This document shows positions 8,085-18,500 of a DNA stretch of 40,292 nucleotides, piece after piece. Position 1 is the stretch's first letter. Each line of letters opens with the position of its first letter. Source of the stretch: an uncultured Gammaproteobacteria bacterium (GTDB taxonomy: Bacteria > Patescibacteriota > Patescibacteriia > Patescibacteriales > GWC2-42-12); contig CAZKKV010000004.1 of assembly GCA_964553705.1 (NCBI GenBank), forward strand, positions 1-40,292, given 5' to 3'. A program made the position numbers and the translations under genes. Under the pieces are notes generated by a model, which saw nothing but the letters and a program-made list of their open reading frames with translations, had not been told where the DNA came from and ran no database searches.

Positions 8085-8147
8085 AAATTATTAGCACTAC
8101 GGATTTTTATTTAGCTTTTATTTACTAACTCATCTTACCATCAAACT

Positions 8148-8175
8148 AAAATAAATCAAGCCGTTTTGGCTCGAT
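8148..8175 (-). terminator. Possible intrinsic terminator overlapping the dnaX promoter region
   Basis: Minus strand ATCGAGCC-AAAAC-GGCTTGAT followed by TTATTTT. Confidence 0.45.
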
Positions 8176-8200
8176 CTATTTCTAATGTTTTTATTTTTGC

Positions 8201-8857
8201 TTAAAGATTTTTTACAATATTTTCTACTGCTGCCCACTTTGATTCACCATTTTTTGGAACCAAAATTACTGCTTCATCGCCCGATTCTCCTCGAAAATAA
8301 GTAACACTAGCAGTAAGTAAACGCCATTTATTCCCGTCAGCGATTGCAAAAAACTCATTGTCTACAGTTTTTTCCAATATAGCTACTACCCTGGAACGTT
8401 CAATCGGACCAATTTGTTTATAGACAAAAGTTCCTTTGCCAGTGATAGTTAATTTTAAAATATCGCCTTCAACCAGCTTTGACTTAGAAGCATAATTAGC
8501 TGGTACACTGTATTGTTTACCGTCAGGTCCAATCATGTTTTCGCCATCAAACACGCCTTCAATTATTTTGGCTTCACCAGTCAAGGCACTATCTTCATCA
8601 AATCCGTCTTCGCTGAGCTGACTTATGTTAATACTTAGTTCATCTTCGCTAGTAATAAAACCGGATAAAACCTGCATTAGCCGATCATTATTTTCTTTGA
8701 TATTGGCTAATAATTTTTTAACTAATATCATTTTTGATTTTGATATACTGATTGTTTCTTCGTTTTTGTCTTGATTTTTTATTTCTTCTTCGTTGTCTTC
8801 TAGTAAATCCTGCTCATCTAAAAAATCCTCATCATTTTTTTTGTTTTTATTAAACAT
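8201..8857 (-). CDS. Conserved CPR-type hypothetical protein (acidic N-terminus, beta-rich C-terminus)
   Basis: EGVFDGENMIGPDGKQYSVPANYASKSKLVEGD motif. Confidence 0.85.
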   Translation of the reverse strand: MFNKNKKNDEDFLDEQDLLEDNEEEIKNQDKNEETISISKSKMILVKKLLANIKENNDRLMQVLSGFITSEDELSINISQLSEDGFDEDSALTGEAKIIEGVFDGENMIGPDGKQYSVPANYASKSKLVEGDILKLTITGKGTFVYKQIGPIERSRVVAILEKTVDNEFFAIADGNKWRLLTASVTYFRGESGDEAVILVPKNGESKWAAVENIVKNL

Positions 8858-8904
8858 ATTTTTTATTTTAAAGCTTATTTTTGTTGTTTTATTCTACCCC
8901 ATTT

Positions 8905-11463
8905 TCATTCTTTTGTAAACCCCGTAGTCAGTTTCGCTCGTTTCATTATTTCTGCTTCAACTATATTGCGATCCTGACCATATTTTAGTCGACTTAATTG
9001 TTTTATTTTTTCAACCACTCCTGGATTATTTATTCCTGGTAAAGGCCAAGTAGTCATCATGGAAAAAGGACGAGTGGCTGAATTATCAACTAGCAATTTA
9101 ACATAAGCTGTATATTTTTCTATATTAATTAAATCATATTCATTAAACACTGGCGCAAATTCCTTGGACATAGTCTCTGCATCTTCAGAACCAATTTTGA
9201 AACTAATCCATGTGCCGACATTACCAAAAACAGCATCTCGAATTGAGGAGTCTTGGTTTTTTACTAATTGCCCGAGGTATTGATGAGCGATAATTAAATT
9301 CAAATTGTATTTTCTAGCTTCAGATAAAATTGAACAGATTGAATCGGTTGTGAAATTTTGAAATTCATCAATATATAAATAAAAATCTTTTCTTTGTTCT
9401 TTTGGTGCGTCAGCTCGGGAAAGGGCGGCCATTAAAATCTTGCCAACTATAATCATACCTAGAAGATGTGAATTCATTTCACCGATTAAACCTTTGGACA
9501 AATCAACCAATAATATCTTCTTATTGTCCATAACGTCACGTAAATTAAAAGAGCTTTTTTGTTGGGCGATAATCGGTCTCATTGTATCATTGGAAATAAA
9601 TTGGGTTAATTTTGACGTCACGTAAGGTACTACATTAGCTAATGCTGCGTCGCCACCAGCTTTTTCTGCTTCTTTTCGCCAAAAATCAACGACAGTCGGG
9701 TCTGAACATTTATCCAGTTTCATTTTTCTAAATTCAGGATCAGCCAATACTTTTGGTATCTCCATCAAAGTTGAGCCCGACTCCGAGTGAGACATAATTA
9801 GCAACATAGCATTTCTTATATATTGCTCGAAAATCGGTCCGCCAGTTTGTTTCAAGTCATACAGCTTATCAAAGATATTAATCATTTCATTAATAACAAA
9901 AGTTTTTTGTTCTGGATATTTAGGGTCATATTCAAGCAGATTTAGGGCTAATGGTCTAGTCATGTCCGATGGTGCAAACAAAATCACATCTTCAGCACGT
10001 TCAGATGGTATTTTTGCCATGATATCGGCGATAAGATCTCCGTGCGGGTCAACTACGCAAACTCCCTCGCCATTAATTATGTCCTGTATCGCCATTGAAG
10101 CGAGTAAGACAGATTTACCAACACCAGATTTACCAATAATATAGGTATGCCTTCTCCTGTCTTCTCTTTTGATTTTAATTTTTTTTGCTACTCCACGATA
10201 ATTATTTTCACCAAGTAAAATACCTTCCTCGGGCAGATTGGCTGGTGCGGCAGCGTATTTAGCAAACAGCCATAAAATATTTGGAGTCTCAGTACCACTT
10301 AAAGGTAGGTGAAACAAACTAACCAGTTCTTCGGTGTTCAGCAGTATGCTTATGTTTGGTTTGAATCTTCGATAAATAAAATCTTTTACTATAAGTTTTT
10401 CTTTAAGTTTATTATAGAAGGCGCTTCTACCTTTCAAGATATTGCCGTATTCATAATAATTATACTGACTAAAAGCGCTTATCATGTCGTTTAAACATGA
10501 CCTAGCTCTGGCTTTATTTTTTGCGCTAACGATTATTCTGATATTTGTGTCTAAACCGGCCTTACTGTTTTTTTCTTCAACTAGTTTCATTACCTCCTGC
10601 TCCATATCAGTCATTTTGTATAGTTTTTCTTGGTTGTCTTCGTTTGACACAGGTGGTTTTGCTGATTTTACAATATCTGAAAGACCTTGAAAAATCTGAC
10701 TGATTATACCAGTATTCAATACTTCAGAGATTTTTTTGCCTTGATTCACCTCTCGAGCTACGGCAGTAGATTTCTTGTGCCAGCTAGCCTTGGCACTTCT
10801 GGTGACATATTGTACCGAGATTCCTTCGTCTTGATCCAGTTTTGACATCACATTAATCAATGTGTTTAGCGGATCGGTCTCGAGTTTATTGTATGTCTTT
10901 AATGGAAAAATTAAATTTCTAGTAGTTTTTAAATAGCCTGCAACTATTTCACCTTGGGGGCTAAAAATATTATAATCTTCAACTTCTTCCATCACTGCTT
11001 CTGGATAATGAGCTTGAATTTGTTGTTCTAAATATCTCCCCATATGCCTCGGCGCAGTGGCATAAAATGAAATTATTTTATCATTAGCTACTATTTCAAA
11101 AGAAAAATGATCATTTCGACCAAATAGCCAAGACATTTGGCTATGCCATTTTTGCGGTTTCAGGCCTCCGATAGCCTGAAAAATTGTCTCTCCTCTGGAT
11201 ATTTCTTCTCGCAAATTCTGTAAAGTATTTTGAGATTCGGTCTCTTTTTGTCCGGGTTTTTCTTTTGGAATACGAATCAAATAAATTATATGATCATGAT
11301 GTTTTGAATTATAAACAAAAGATTGAAAAATTTTTTTAATTAGTAAGAATAAAATTACCAATCCCAGGATTAACAATAAATAAATAAGCCAACTGTCTAT
11401 AAAGATAGCTAGGTCAAAATTATAATTTGTCGATTGTTCCTCAAGAAATTCGTAATTGTCCAT
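8905..11463 (-). CDS. Membrane-anchored VirB4/TraD/HerA-like P-loop ATPase (CPR-type)
   Basis: N-terminal TM helix, RRHTYIIGKSGVGKS Walker A, DPHGDL, YIDEFQNF Walker B, EARKY and AHQY. Confidence 0.9.
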   Translation of the reverse strand: MDNYEFLEEQSTNYNFDLAIFIDSWLIYLLLILGLVILFLLIKKIFQSFVYNSKHHDHIIYLIRIPKEKPGQKETESQNTLQNLREEISRGETIFQAIGGLKPQKWHSQMSWLFGRNDHFSFEIVANDKIISFYATAPRHMGRYLEQQIQAHYPEAVMEEVEDYNIFSPQGEIVAGYLKTTRNLIFPLKTYNKLETDPLNTLINVMSKLDQDEGISVQYVTRSAKASWHKKSTAVAREVNQGKKISEVLNTGIISQIFQGLSDIVKSAKPPVSNEDNQEKLYKMTDMEQEVMKLVEEKNSKAGLDTNIRIIVSAKNKARARSCLNDMISAFSQYNYYEYGNILKGRSAFYNKLKEKLIVKDFIYRRFKPNISILLNTEELVSLFHLPLSGTETPNILWLFAKYAAAPANLPEEGILLGENNYRGVAKKIKIKREDRRRHTYIIGKSGVGKSVLLASMAIQDIINGEGVCVVDPHGDLIADIMAKIPSERAEDVILFAPSDMTRPLALNLLEYDPKYPEQKTFVINEMINIFDKLYDLKQTGGPIFEQYIRNAMLLIMSHSESGSTLMEIPKVLADPEFRKMKLDKCSDPTVVDFWRKEAEKAGGDAALANVVPYVTSKLTQFISNDTMRPIIAQQKSSFNLRDVMDNKKILLVDLSKGLIGEMNSHLLGMIIVGKILMAALSRADAPKEQRKDFYLYIDEFQNFTTDSICSILSEARKYNLNLIIAHQYLGQLVKNQDSSIRDAVFGNVGTWISFKIGSEDAETMSKEFAPVFNEYDLINIEKYTAYVKLLVDNSATRPFSMMTTWPLPGINNPGVVEKIKQLSRLKYGQDRNIVEAEIMKRAKLTTGFTKE

Positions 11464-11467
11464 ACTA

Positions 11468-11953
11468 TTAATTCTCTAATTTTATTTTGACTATTTCGTC
11501 AGCTTTTATTTTTGCTTCCTGCTCCAGAAAAAAAACATTAACTCCGGGAATGATTAAAAGCCATTTTCTTATTAGGTTAACTATTTTTTTTATATTTATT
11601 TTTGTTTTATTCAACAGTTGGTTTATTTTTGCTGCTGTTTTTTCGCCTTCGTACTTAAATTTATGTTTCATACTTTCAGGCATCTTCAAGTATATTTCAT
11701 CTAATCTATCCTCTAGAACACACTCGATTTTTTTAGTCTGTTGTTTTTGCTCGGTAGCCTGCCCACCAATAGCCTGAGCAACTGAAGTTTGGGAAATACT
11801 ATCGTTTACAGTCTCTCTTTTTTCTTTTATTATATCTAAAACTTTTTCTCTGCCACGCTCAATCTGTTTTTCGATGTTATCTTCGGATTCAATGTTTTCT
11901 TTTGTCTCGCCAACCGATTTAATATTTTCTATAGCATTTTGTTTTTCCGTCAT
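11468..11953 (-). CDS. Conserved hypothetical protein
   Basis: 161 aa with C-terminal WLLIIPGVNVFFLEQEAKIKAD; stop is 4 nt from the ATPase start. Confidence 0.8.
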   Translation of the reverse strand: MTEKQNAIENIKSVGETKENIESEDNIEKQIERGREKVLDIIKEKRETVNDSISQTSVAQAIGGQATEQKQQTKKIECVLEDRLDEIYLKMPESMKHKFKYEGEKTAAKINQLLNKTKINIKKIVNLIRKWLLIIPGVNVFFLEQEAKIKADEIVKIKLEN

Positions 11954-11990
11954 ACCGATTTTATTTATAAAATTATTATTTATCTACCAC

Positions 11991-12025
11991 TATTATAACA
12001 TAAATTTAAAATTTATGTTATAATA
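11991..12025. promoter_or_regulatory. Perfect 17-bp inverted repeat forming back-to-back extended -10 promoters
   Basis: TATTATAACATAAATTT-A-AAATTTATGTTATAATA between divergent genes; each strand reads TGTTATAAT. Confidence 0.65.
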
Positions 12026-12053
12026 AATCTATAAATTTTTAAACTAACCTTAT

Positions 12054-13022
12054 ATGCTAAGTTATAAACAAATTTCCAAAAACATCCAAGAAGCTACTAT
12101 TGATAATCCAAAAACTCCAAATGACAAATTGGTCTGGTTGAATATAAATAATGCCAGCAAACAGGAGATTGCTTATTTACGAAAAAAATATAAATTTGAC
12201 ATTCAGTATCTACACGCATCATTGGCAAAAGCGCAAGCGCAGAGACCGACCATAAGACAAGAAAAAGATTATCTTTTTATAATCCTCCATTTTCCAATTT
12301 TTAAAAATGAGACTATTGTTGCGGCAGAAATAGAATTTTTTATTGGGCATGGTTATCTAATAACGATCCATAACAATAATCTGATTGCTTTAAATGATTT
12401 TTTTAATATCTGCAAAAAAGACAGTGGTTCGGTTTTGGCGTACGAATTTGAATCATCGGCAATTCTTTTGTATGAAATTTTGGAAAAATTAATGGATGAC
12501 TGTTTTCGTTTACTTGATAAAAATAGTATTGCCATAAACAATGTGGAAGAAATTATTTTTGCCCAGAAACAAAAAAAAGCAGTATCAAATATTCTGTCGC
12601 TTCGTCATAATATTATCAATTACCGTAAAATTATGCAGAACCACAAAAACATAATGAAGAAATTAGCAGAAATGGAAAGCGGATTGGTTCCCTCAGTAAA
12701 AATAAAAAACTATTATAATCGACTATTGGAAAAGTCAAAAAGAATTTGGGAAAATTTAGAAAATCAAAAAGAAATGATTGAAGTTTTGAATAACACTAAT
12801 GAATCACTTTTGAATTATCGTTTGAGCGACATTATGAAAACCTTAACAATTTTTTCCGTTATTGTTTTTCCTCTGACATTACTAGCCGCTATCTTTGGCA
12901 TGAACACTATGAATGGTATGCCGTTCGTCAATCATCCCCTTGGTTTTTGGGTAATAATTGGCATTATGTTAGTTGGCTGTTTTGGAATGTTACTTTTATT
13001 CAAGAAGAAAAAATGGTTGTAG
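12054..13022 (+). CDS. corA: CorA family Mg2+/Co2+ transporter
   Basis: MKTLTIFS...IFGMN motif and two C-terminal TM helices. Confidence 0.93.
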   Translation: MLSYKQISKNIQEATIDNPKTPNDKLVWLNINNASKQEIAYLRKKYKFDIQYLHASLAKAQAQRPTIRQEKDYLFIILHFPIFKNETIVAAEIEFFIGHGYLITIHNNNLIALNDFFNICKKDSGSVLAYEFESSAILLYEILEKLMDDCFRLLDKNSIAINNVEEIIFAQKQKKAVSNILSLRHNIINYRKIMQNHKNIMKKLAEMESGLVPSVKIKNYYNRLLEKSKRIWENLENQKEMIEVLNNTNESLLNYRLSDIMKTLTIFSVIVFPLTLLAAIFGMNTMNGMPFVNHPLGFWVIIGIMLVGCFGMLLLFKKKKWL

Positions 13023-13044
13023 AAGTATAAAATTTTTAATTTTT

Positions 13045-13977
13045 TTAAAAAACTTTTTTTATATCGCTAATATTGTTCGCTTTAATCAGTTCTGCTCGCA
13101 TTTTCCTTGCTCCTGAAAATCCTTGGACATACCAACATAGATGCTTGCGCATTTCAATAATCCCCTGTTCGCCCTTTATTTTTTCTACCAATTTTGCATG
13201 CTCTAAGATTATTTTTTTAATCGCATAAAGACTTCTATTGATGTCTTGACCGGTTCGGATTGCCTTAAAAATCTACGGTTGACCTAAAGTGCCCTGGCCA
13301 ATACTTAGACCATCAGCTCTAGTCTCATCCAAAAGCTTTTGTGCGCTTTCATAATCTCTTACGCCACCATTAGCTAAAATTATCCCGTCAAAATAGTTAC
13401 GGGCTTTTTTTATAATTCCGCAATCAACCGAACCAGAATGGCCTTGCGCTAACGTCCGCCCATGTATCATCACGGCTTGGATGTCTAAATTTTTTACGCC
13501 TTCTAAAAATTTTAAGGCATCAATATTGCCGACTTTACTTCTAATCTTAATTGAAACAGGCAAGTTTGTATTATCCACAACACTTTTTATAATTTCCCTA
13601 GCTAATTTTAAGTTATTCATCAAAACCGCGCCTGCGCCCTGTTTAGCAACTTTTTTTACTGGACAGCCAAAATTAATATCAATTCCGTCTGATTTAATCT
13701 TGTTTTGAATTAACTTCGTCGCTTGAACAAAGTGCTTTGGTTCACTACCGAATAACTGAACGATATATGGTCGTTCAACTTTTGAGAATTTAAGCATCTC
13801 TAATGTTTTTTTCGGATTATAGATCAGGGCGATAACACTAGCCATCTCACTATAAACAATATCAACGCCGAATTTTTTACACATTTGTCGAAAAGCTGAA
13901 TCAGTAATTCCAGCCATCGGCGCCAAGGCATACATGGGTTTATTTAGTTTTTTCCAGAAATATTGACTTTTTTTCAT
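13045..13977 (-). pseudogene. dusB: tRNA-dihydrouridine synthase (DusB-like) interrupted by an in-frame TAG at 13273-13275
   Basis: LAPMAG, DINFGCP, IHGRT and NGG motifs. After GQP-TAG the frame continues IF...EMRKHLCWY...F to TAA at 13045-13047. Confidence 0.8.
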
Positions 13978-14050
13978 AATTTAATCATACTTCAAAAAAT
14001 AAAAAAGAGGAAACAAATAAACAACAAACATTAATCTTTTCCTCTTGATT

Positions 14051-15472
14051 TTATTTTTTATAAACCCTCTGACCTTCCGCCGTATCTTCGACAACATAGC
14101 CCTCGGCTCCAATCTCCCGTCTTACCCTATCTGCTTCTTTCCATTCTTTTTTATCTCTAGCTTCTTGTCTTGATTTAACTAATCTTTGAATTTCTTTAGG
14201 CAATTCTTCACTTTCTGCTGATTTATTCAAATTCAAACTAAAAATTTTGTCAAAATCCAACGCTGTTGCCAACTTATCTTCTTTGGAAATATCTGATTTT
14301 AATAATTCCTGCAGAACCGCTAAAGCTTGTGGAGTATTCAGATCGTCGCCTATAACCTCTAGAAAATTATTTTTGAATTCATCATTGACGACACCTTTTT
14401 TATTGCCCAGTTCTCTAATCTGATTCTGTAAATGCTCCAATCCATTTTTTGCACCTTTAAGCGCTTCCCAAGTAAAGTTTTGTTTAGACCTATATTGAGC
14501 TTGTAAAAAGAAATACCTCAAGGCTATCGGCGAAAAACCCTTGTCTTTAATTTCTGACAAACTATAGCTTGTACCTTCAGATTTAGCCATTTTGCCACCA
14601 TTTACCAATAAATGCTCATTATGTAGCCAATAATTTACGAATTTAACATCATTAGCCGATTCTGACTGAGCGATCTCATTAGTATGATGAACAGAGATAT
14701 GTTCAACTCCGCCCATATGAATATCAATAGTATCACCTAAATATTTTTTACTCATAGCCGAGCACTCAATGTGCCAACCAGGAAAGCCATCACCATGCTC
14801 TTCTAATGACGAATCCGGAGGCAGGGGTGAAGGTGAGGGCCAGTGCTGCAAGGCGTTTTTATGATTACCGGCTTTAAAAAACCAAACGGCAAAATCAGCT
14901 GGATGCTTTTTTTTCGGATCCGACACCTCGGCCTTGCCAGCCCCGCTGATATTTTTATCAAAATTCTGACCGGATAATTGATTATAATTTTTCGCTTTAG
15001 AAACATCAAAATAAATTGCTAACTCAGTTGCATAAGCAAAGTCTTTGTCCATAAGAGTTTCTATCATACTTTTTATTTCTTCTATGCATTCTGTTGCTCT
15101 CGGCTTGTGGTCTGCTGGTAAAATATTTAATTGGACAAGATCTTCTTCAAAAATTTTTATATATTTTTCAGCTATTTTTTCGGGCAAAAGATTATCTCTT
15201 TTGGCTGCTTTTTCCATTTTGTCTTCTCCTTCATCTTCATCAGAAGTAAGATGTCCGACATCAGTATAATTTTTTACATGCGTAACTTTATAACCAAAAT
15301 ACTTCAGGGTTCGCACAACAATATCAGCGCAAAACATGCCCCGTAAATTACCGATATGCTGAGTCCAATAAACAGTCGGCCCGCAATGATAAAAAGTAAT
15401 TTGACCTTTTTGAAGCGGTTTTAATTCTTCTTTCTTTCGCGTCAAAGTGTTGTGTAGAAATATTTTTTTCAT
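14051..15472 (-). CDS. cysS: Cysteinyl-tRNA synthetase
   Basis: CGPTVY, HIGN, PGWHIECSAM and KMAKS. Confidence 0.97.
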   Translation of the reverse strand: MKKIFLHNTLTRKKEELKPLQKGQITFYHCGPTVYWTQHIGNLRGMFCADIVVRTLKYFGYKVTHVKNYTDVGHLTSDEDEGEDKMEKAAKRDNLLPEKIAEKYIKIFEEDLVQLNILPADHKPRATECIEEIKSMIETLMDKDFAYATELAIYFDVSKAKNYNQLSGQNFDKNISGAGKAEVSDPKKKHPADFAVWFFKAGNHKNALQHWPSPSPLPPDSSLEEHGDGFPGWHIECSAMSKKYLGDTIDIHMGGVEHISVHHTNEIAQSESANDVKFVNYWLHNEHLLVNGGKMAKSEGTSYSLSEIKDKGFSPIALRYFFLQAQYRSKQNFTWEALKGAKNGLEHLQNQIRELGNKKGVVNDEFKNNFLEVIGDDLNTPQALAVLQELLKSDISKEDKLATALDFDKIFSLNLNKSAESEELPKEIQRLVKSRQEARDKKEWKEADRVRREIGAEGYVVEDTAEGQRVYKK

Positions 15473-15508
15473 AGTTTAATTTTAATCTATTATCTAATTT
15501 TGGGCAAG

Positions 15509-15543
15509 AAAAAAGACCTTAGTGAATTACTAAAGTCTTTTTT
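15509..15543 (-). terminator. Intrinsic terminator after the M23 gene
   Basis: AAAAAAGACCTTAGT-GAATT-ACTAAAGTCTTTTTT hairpin flanked by A/T runs. Confidence 0.7.
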
Positions 15544-15560
15544 AAAATATATGAGCTTGA

Positions 15561-18500
15561 TTAATCTAAATAGTCTTCTGGGTCAACCGCTACATTATTC
15601 AAGAGCACCTCAAAATGTAAATGCGGTCCATTAGAATATGTGCCAGCGCCAGGAGTACCTGGTTCACCGCCAGTAAGACCGATTATTTGTCCTTGAATAA
15701 CTTGTTCGCCAACTTCAACATAAATAGCTGACACATGACCATAGGAAGTTTTTAAGCTATCACTATGTTTGATTGTAATGTAACTATAGCTGTAATCACC
15801 ACCATCATAAGCGCTTATTACTACGCCGTCAGCAACTACTGCTAGTTCCGTGCCTTGATCAACTTCAATATCAATACCCGAATGTTCAAAATAATCAGCA
15901 TAAGGATAATCAGGATCGTGAAAGCCATAGGTTATATCACCATCAACCGGCCAAATAAATTCAAGGCTGTCATCAATAATATCATTATCGCTAGTAGTAT
16001 TATATTCATCTTCGTTATCAACAACATAGCTACTAACACCACCGGCAACTTCAACATTCTGAGATTGCCCAATGGATAAAGTAAATTTAATCTTTGAACT
16101 TTTACCCTGAATTTCTAATTCACTGAAATAAGCCTGAAAGCTAGATGTCGGCACGTCTTGATCAGCATCAACATAGATACTGAAATTGGCTGATTCGCCT
16201 ATACCTAACTTATAACCACCCATGCTGATTTTATTAGACCCGGCGACAGGATTTGTTTTTTTGCCGATTTTCTTTTCGTCTTCATTGCTAACAATCTTCA
16301 AATCACTATAGCCCAAACTATGGGAAAAGGCGTCACTATAAGTTTCAAGAGTCAAATATTTTAATTTTATAATTTCATCACCGGTATTTCTCACCCTAAA
16401 GACAGACACCAAATTGTCATCTTCACCAGCAGAGACACTACCGCCAGACAGAACACTTAATTCAACATTAAGTTCGCCAAAAGTAGCTGTGTGACTAGTA
16501 GTATTTAAGCCATGAATGTTAGAAGCTGTGCCAGAGGTATACTCATTAGCAACTAAATTTACCACTTTTAATTGAGTTTCGCTAACCTTCAAGTTACTAT
16601 CAATATCAGCATAAACCTTAAGCTCAACTATTCTTTCCGCTTTTAACTTGTAGGAAAATCCTTCAAAAGAAAAACTATCGCCATAAGGTTGCTTGATAGT
16701 AGCACCTATTTTTTTAGAACCGAGATAAACTTTTAAATTACTAAAACCGTTGGTATAAGTTACTGAGCCAGAGGTGTTACCCATAGCCAAGGTCAAGGAG
16801 GTGATCACAGAATCTGCCCCAGCCGAAGATTCAATCATAAAACTGGCAATTTTTACTTTTTCTTCACCGTTAGTGAAATTATATTCTTCCTCTTCGTTGT
16901 TGGCATAAATATATATATCAGATTTGCTAATTACTAATGTTTTGCCAGCAGCATTAACCTCGTCAGAATAATATTCATTATTAGATGCTCGATAAGTTAC
17001 ACTATTAATAGTAATTTTGTAAGTATCCCCATCATCAGCTGATTCAGAAATTTCAGTGACAAAAACCAATGTTATTTCATCTCTTGAATCCAATGCAAGT
17101 TCATTTGTTCCGAAAACGACTGAACTGCTATTTAATCCGCTTCCATTTAAATAACTAATAACATTGCCTGTCTCATAATCAATTAAATAAATTGTTTCGG
17201 TTAAGTCGGGGGTAAAAGAGCTTTTTGTTAAGCTTACCTGAATATCTTCTAGTGTTATATCTTGATTGTTATTTCTAATTTCAAATAAACCAATTATACT
17301 TCCTGTCTGTTGGCTGAAAACGTTACTATTACTTTCTATTTCTAGGGCAATAACACTCAATTCTTCTCGAGTTACACTTATTGTTTCACTGATATTAGAT
17401 ATTTCTGATGGCAAGCCAAAGTTATTCTGACTGCCATAAGCTTTGATTTCATATAATTGTAGCTTAATTGTTTTTCCCTCACCACTAACCACATCGCCAT
17501 AAACCTCAAAATAATCATAACTATCTTCACCAATCAAATAATTATCAAGTTCAAAGGTTATTTCTCCGTTCACCATTTCGTTAGTTTGGGAAATACTTTG
17601 GTTTGCTTTATTTTTTAATTGAAAGTTTATTATTTCTGAATCAACAATTGAACCATAGTTTTTAAAAACTAACTTAGTTATCAGAATATCTTCATTGCTG
17701 GAAATCTCGCTAATTTTATATTTAACCAATAACTGATCAGTATTACCGATAACCGCTGTTTGACCATCTGACGCCAAGCTTTGCTGTTGGGCTTCAATCT
17801 GACCTAGAATATCCGTGCCGTCAATTAGCCTCACTGTCCCGGCCTCAAGAGGAAAACCACCAGAAACTTCAACGTTAGCATTGATAGAATTTGTATTATC
17901 AATTATCACTTGGAAGTTGTGATAGGTCACATCGTCCGTACTAGAACCTAAATCAATATAAACGCCTACGTTTTTTTCGCTATTAGCAGAAACTACTAAT
18001 TGGTCACTAGACAAATTAAAAGTAGCTGATTGATTATTGACCAATACTCCATATCCATATTGAATACCACTACTGTCTTTTAAATAAACTTTTTCTATCA
18101 CTTCGCTGTTAAATACACCTTCAAAATTAATTGTCAGACTACTAATTTCAACCAATTCGTTGCCAGCTTGAAAATTAAAAGTAGCTGCTAGGTTATCCTT
18201 AGTATTTAAAGAAAGATATTGTTCGGCTGATTCGGAAATATCATAACTAACCAAAAGACTGTCCGATGTTATTGAACTGTCGTTACCGCCAGCAACTGCA
18301 AAATCAGCTAAAATATAAGAAGATAAATCCGTATCACTTACGGTGATTATGTCTGCCCATTTGAATCCATGTGAATTAAACTCTTCTTCGTTAGTAATTA
18401 ATGATTTTTTATTACTATTGATATAATAAACAGCCGGATTTAATTTTGTTTTTACCAGATGAGCATTAGTCCATTTATTCAAATCGTCTTGGCTAACTAT

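Noticed and set aside
8905-11463. Conjugative element (ICE)
   Set aside because: No relaxase, VirB6/VirB8 or integrase nearby; the gene is embedded among housekeeping genes.
11991-12025. dif/Xer site
   Set aside because: TTATGTTA resembles a XerD arm, but the arm spacing is 9 bp rather than 6, and divergent -10 elements explain it.
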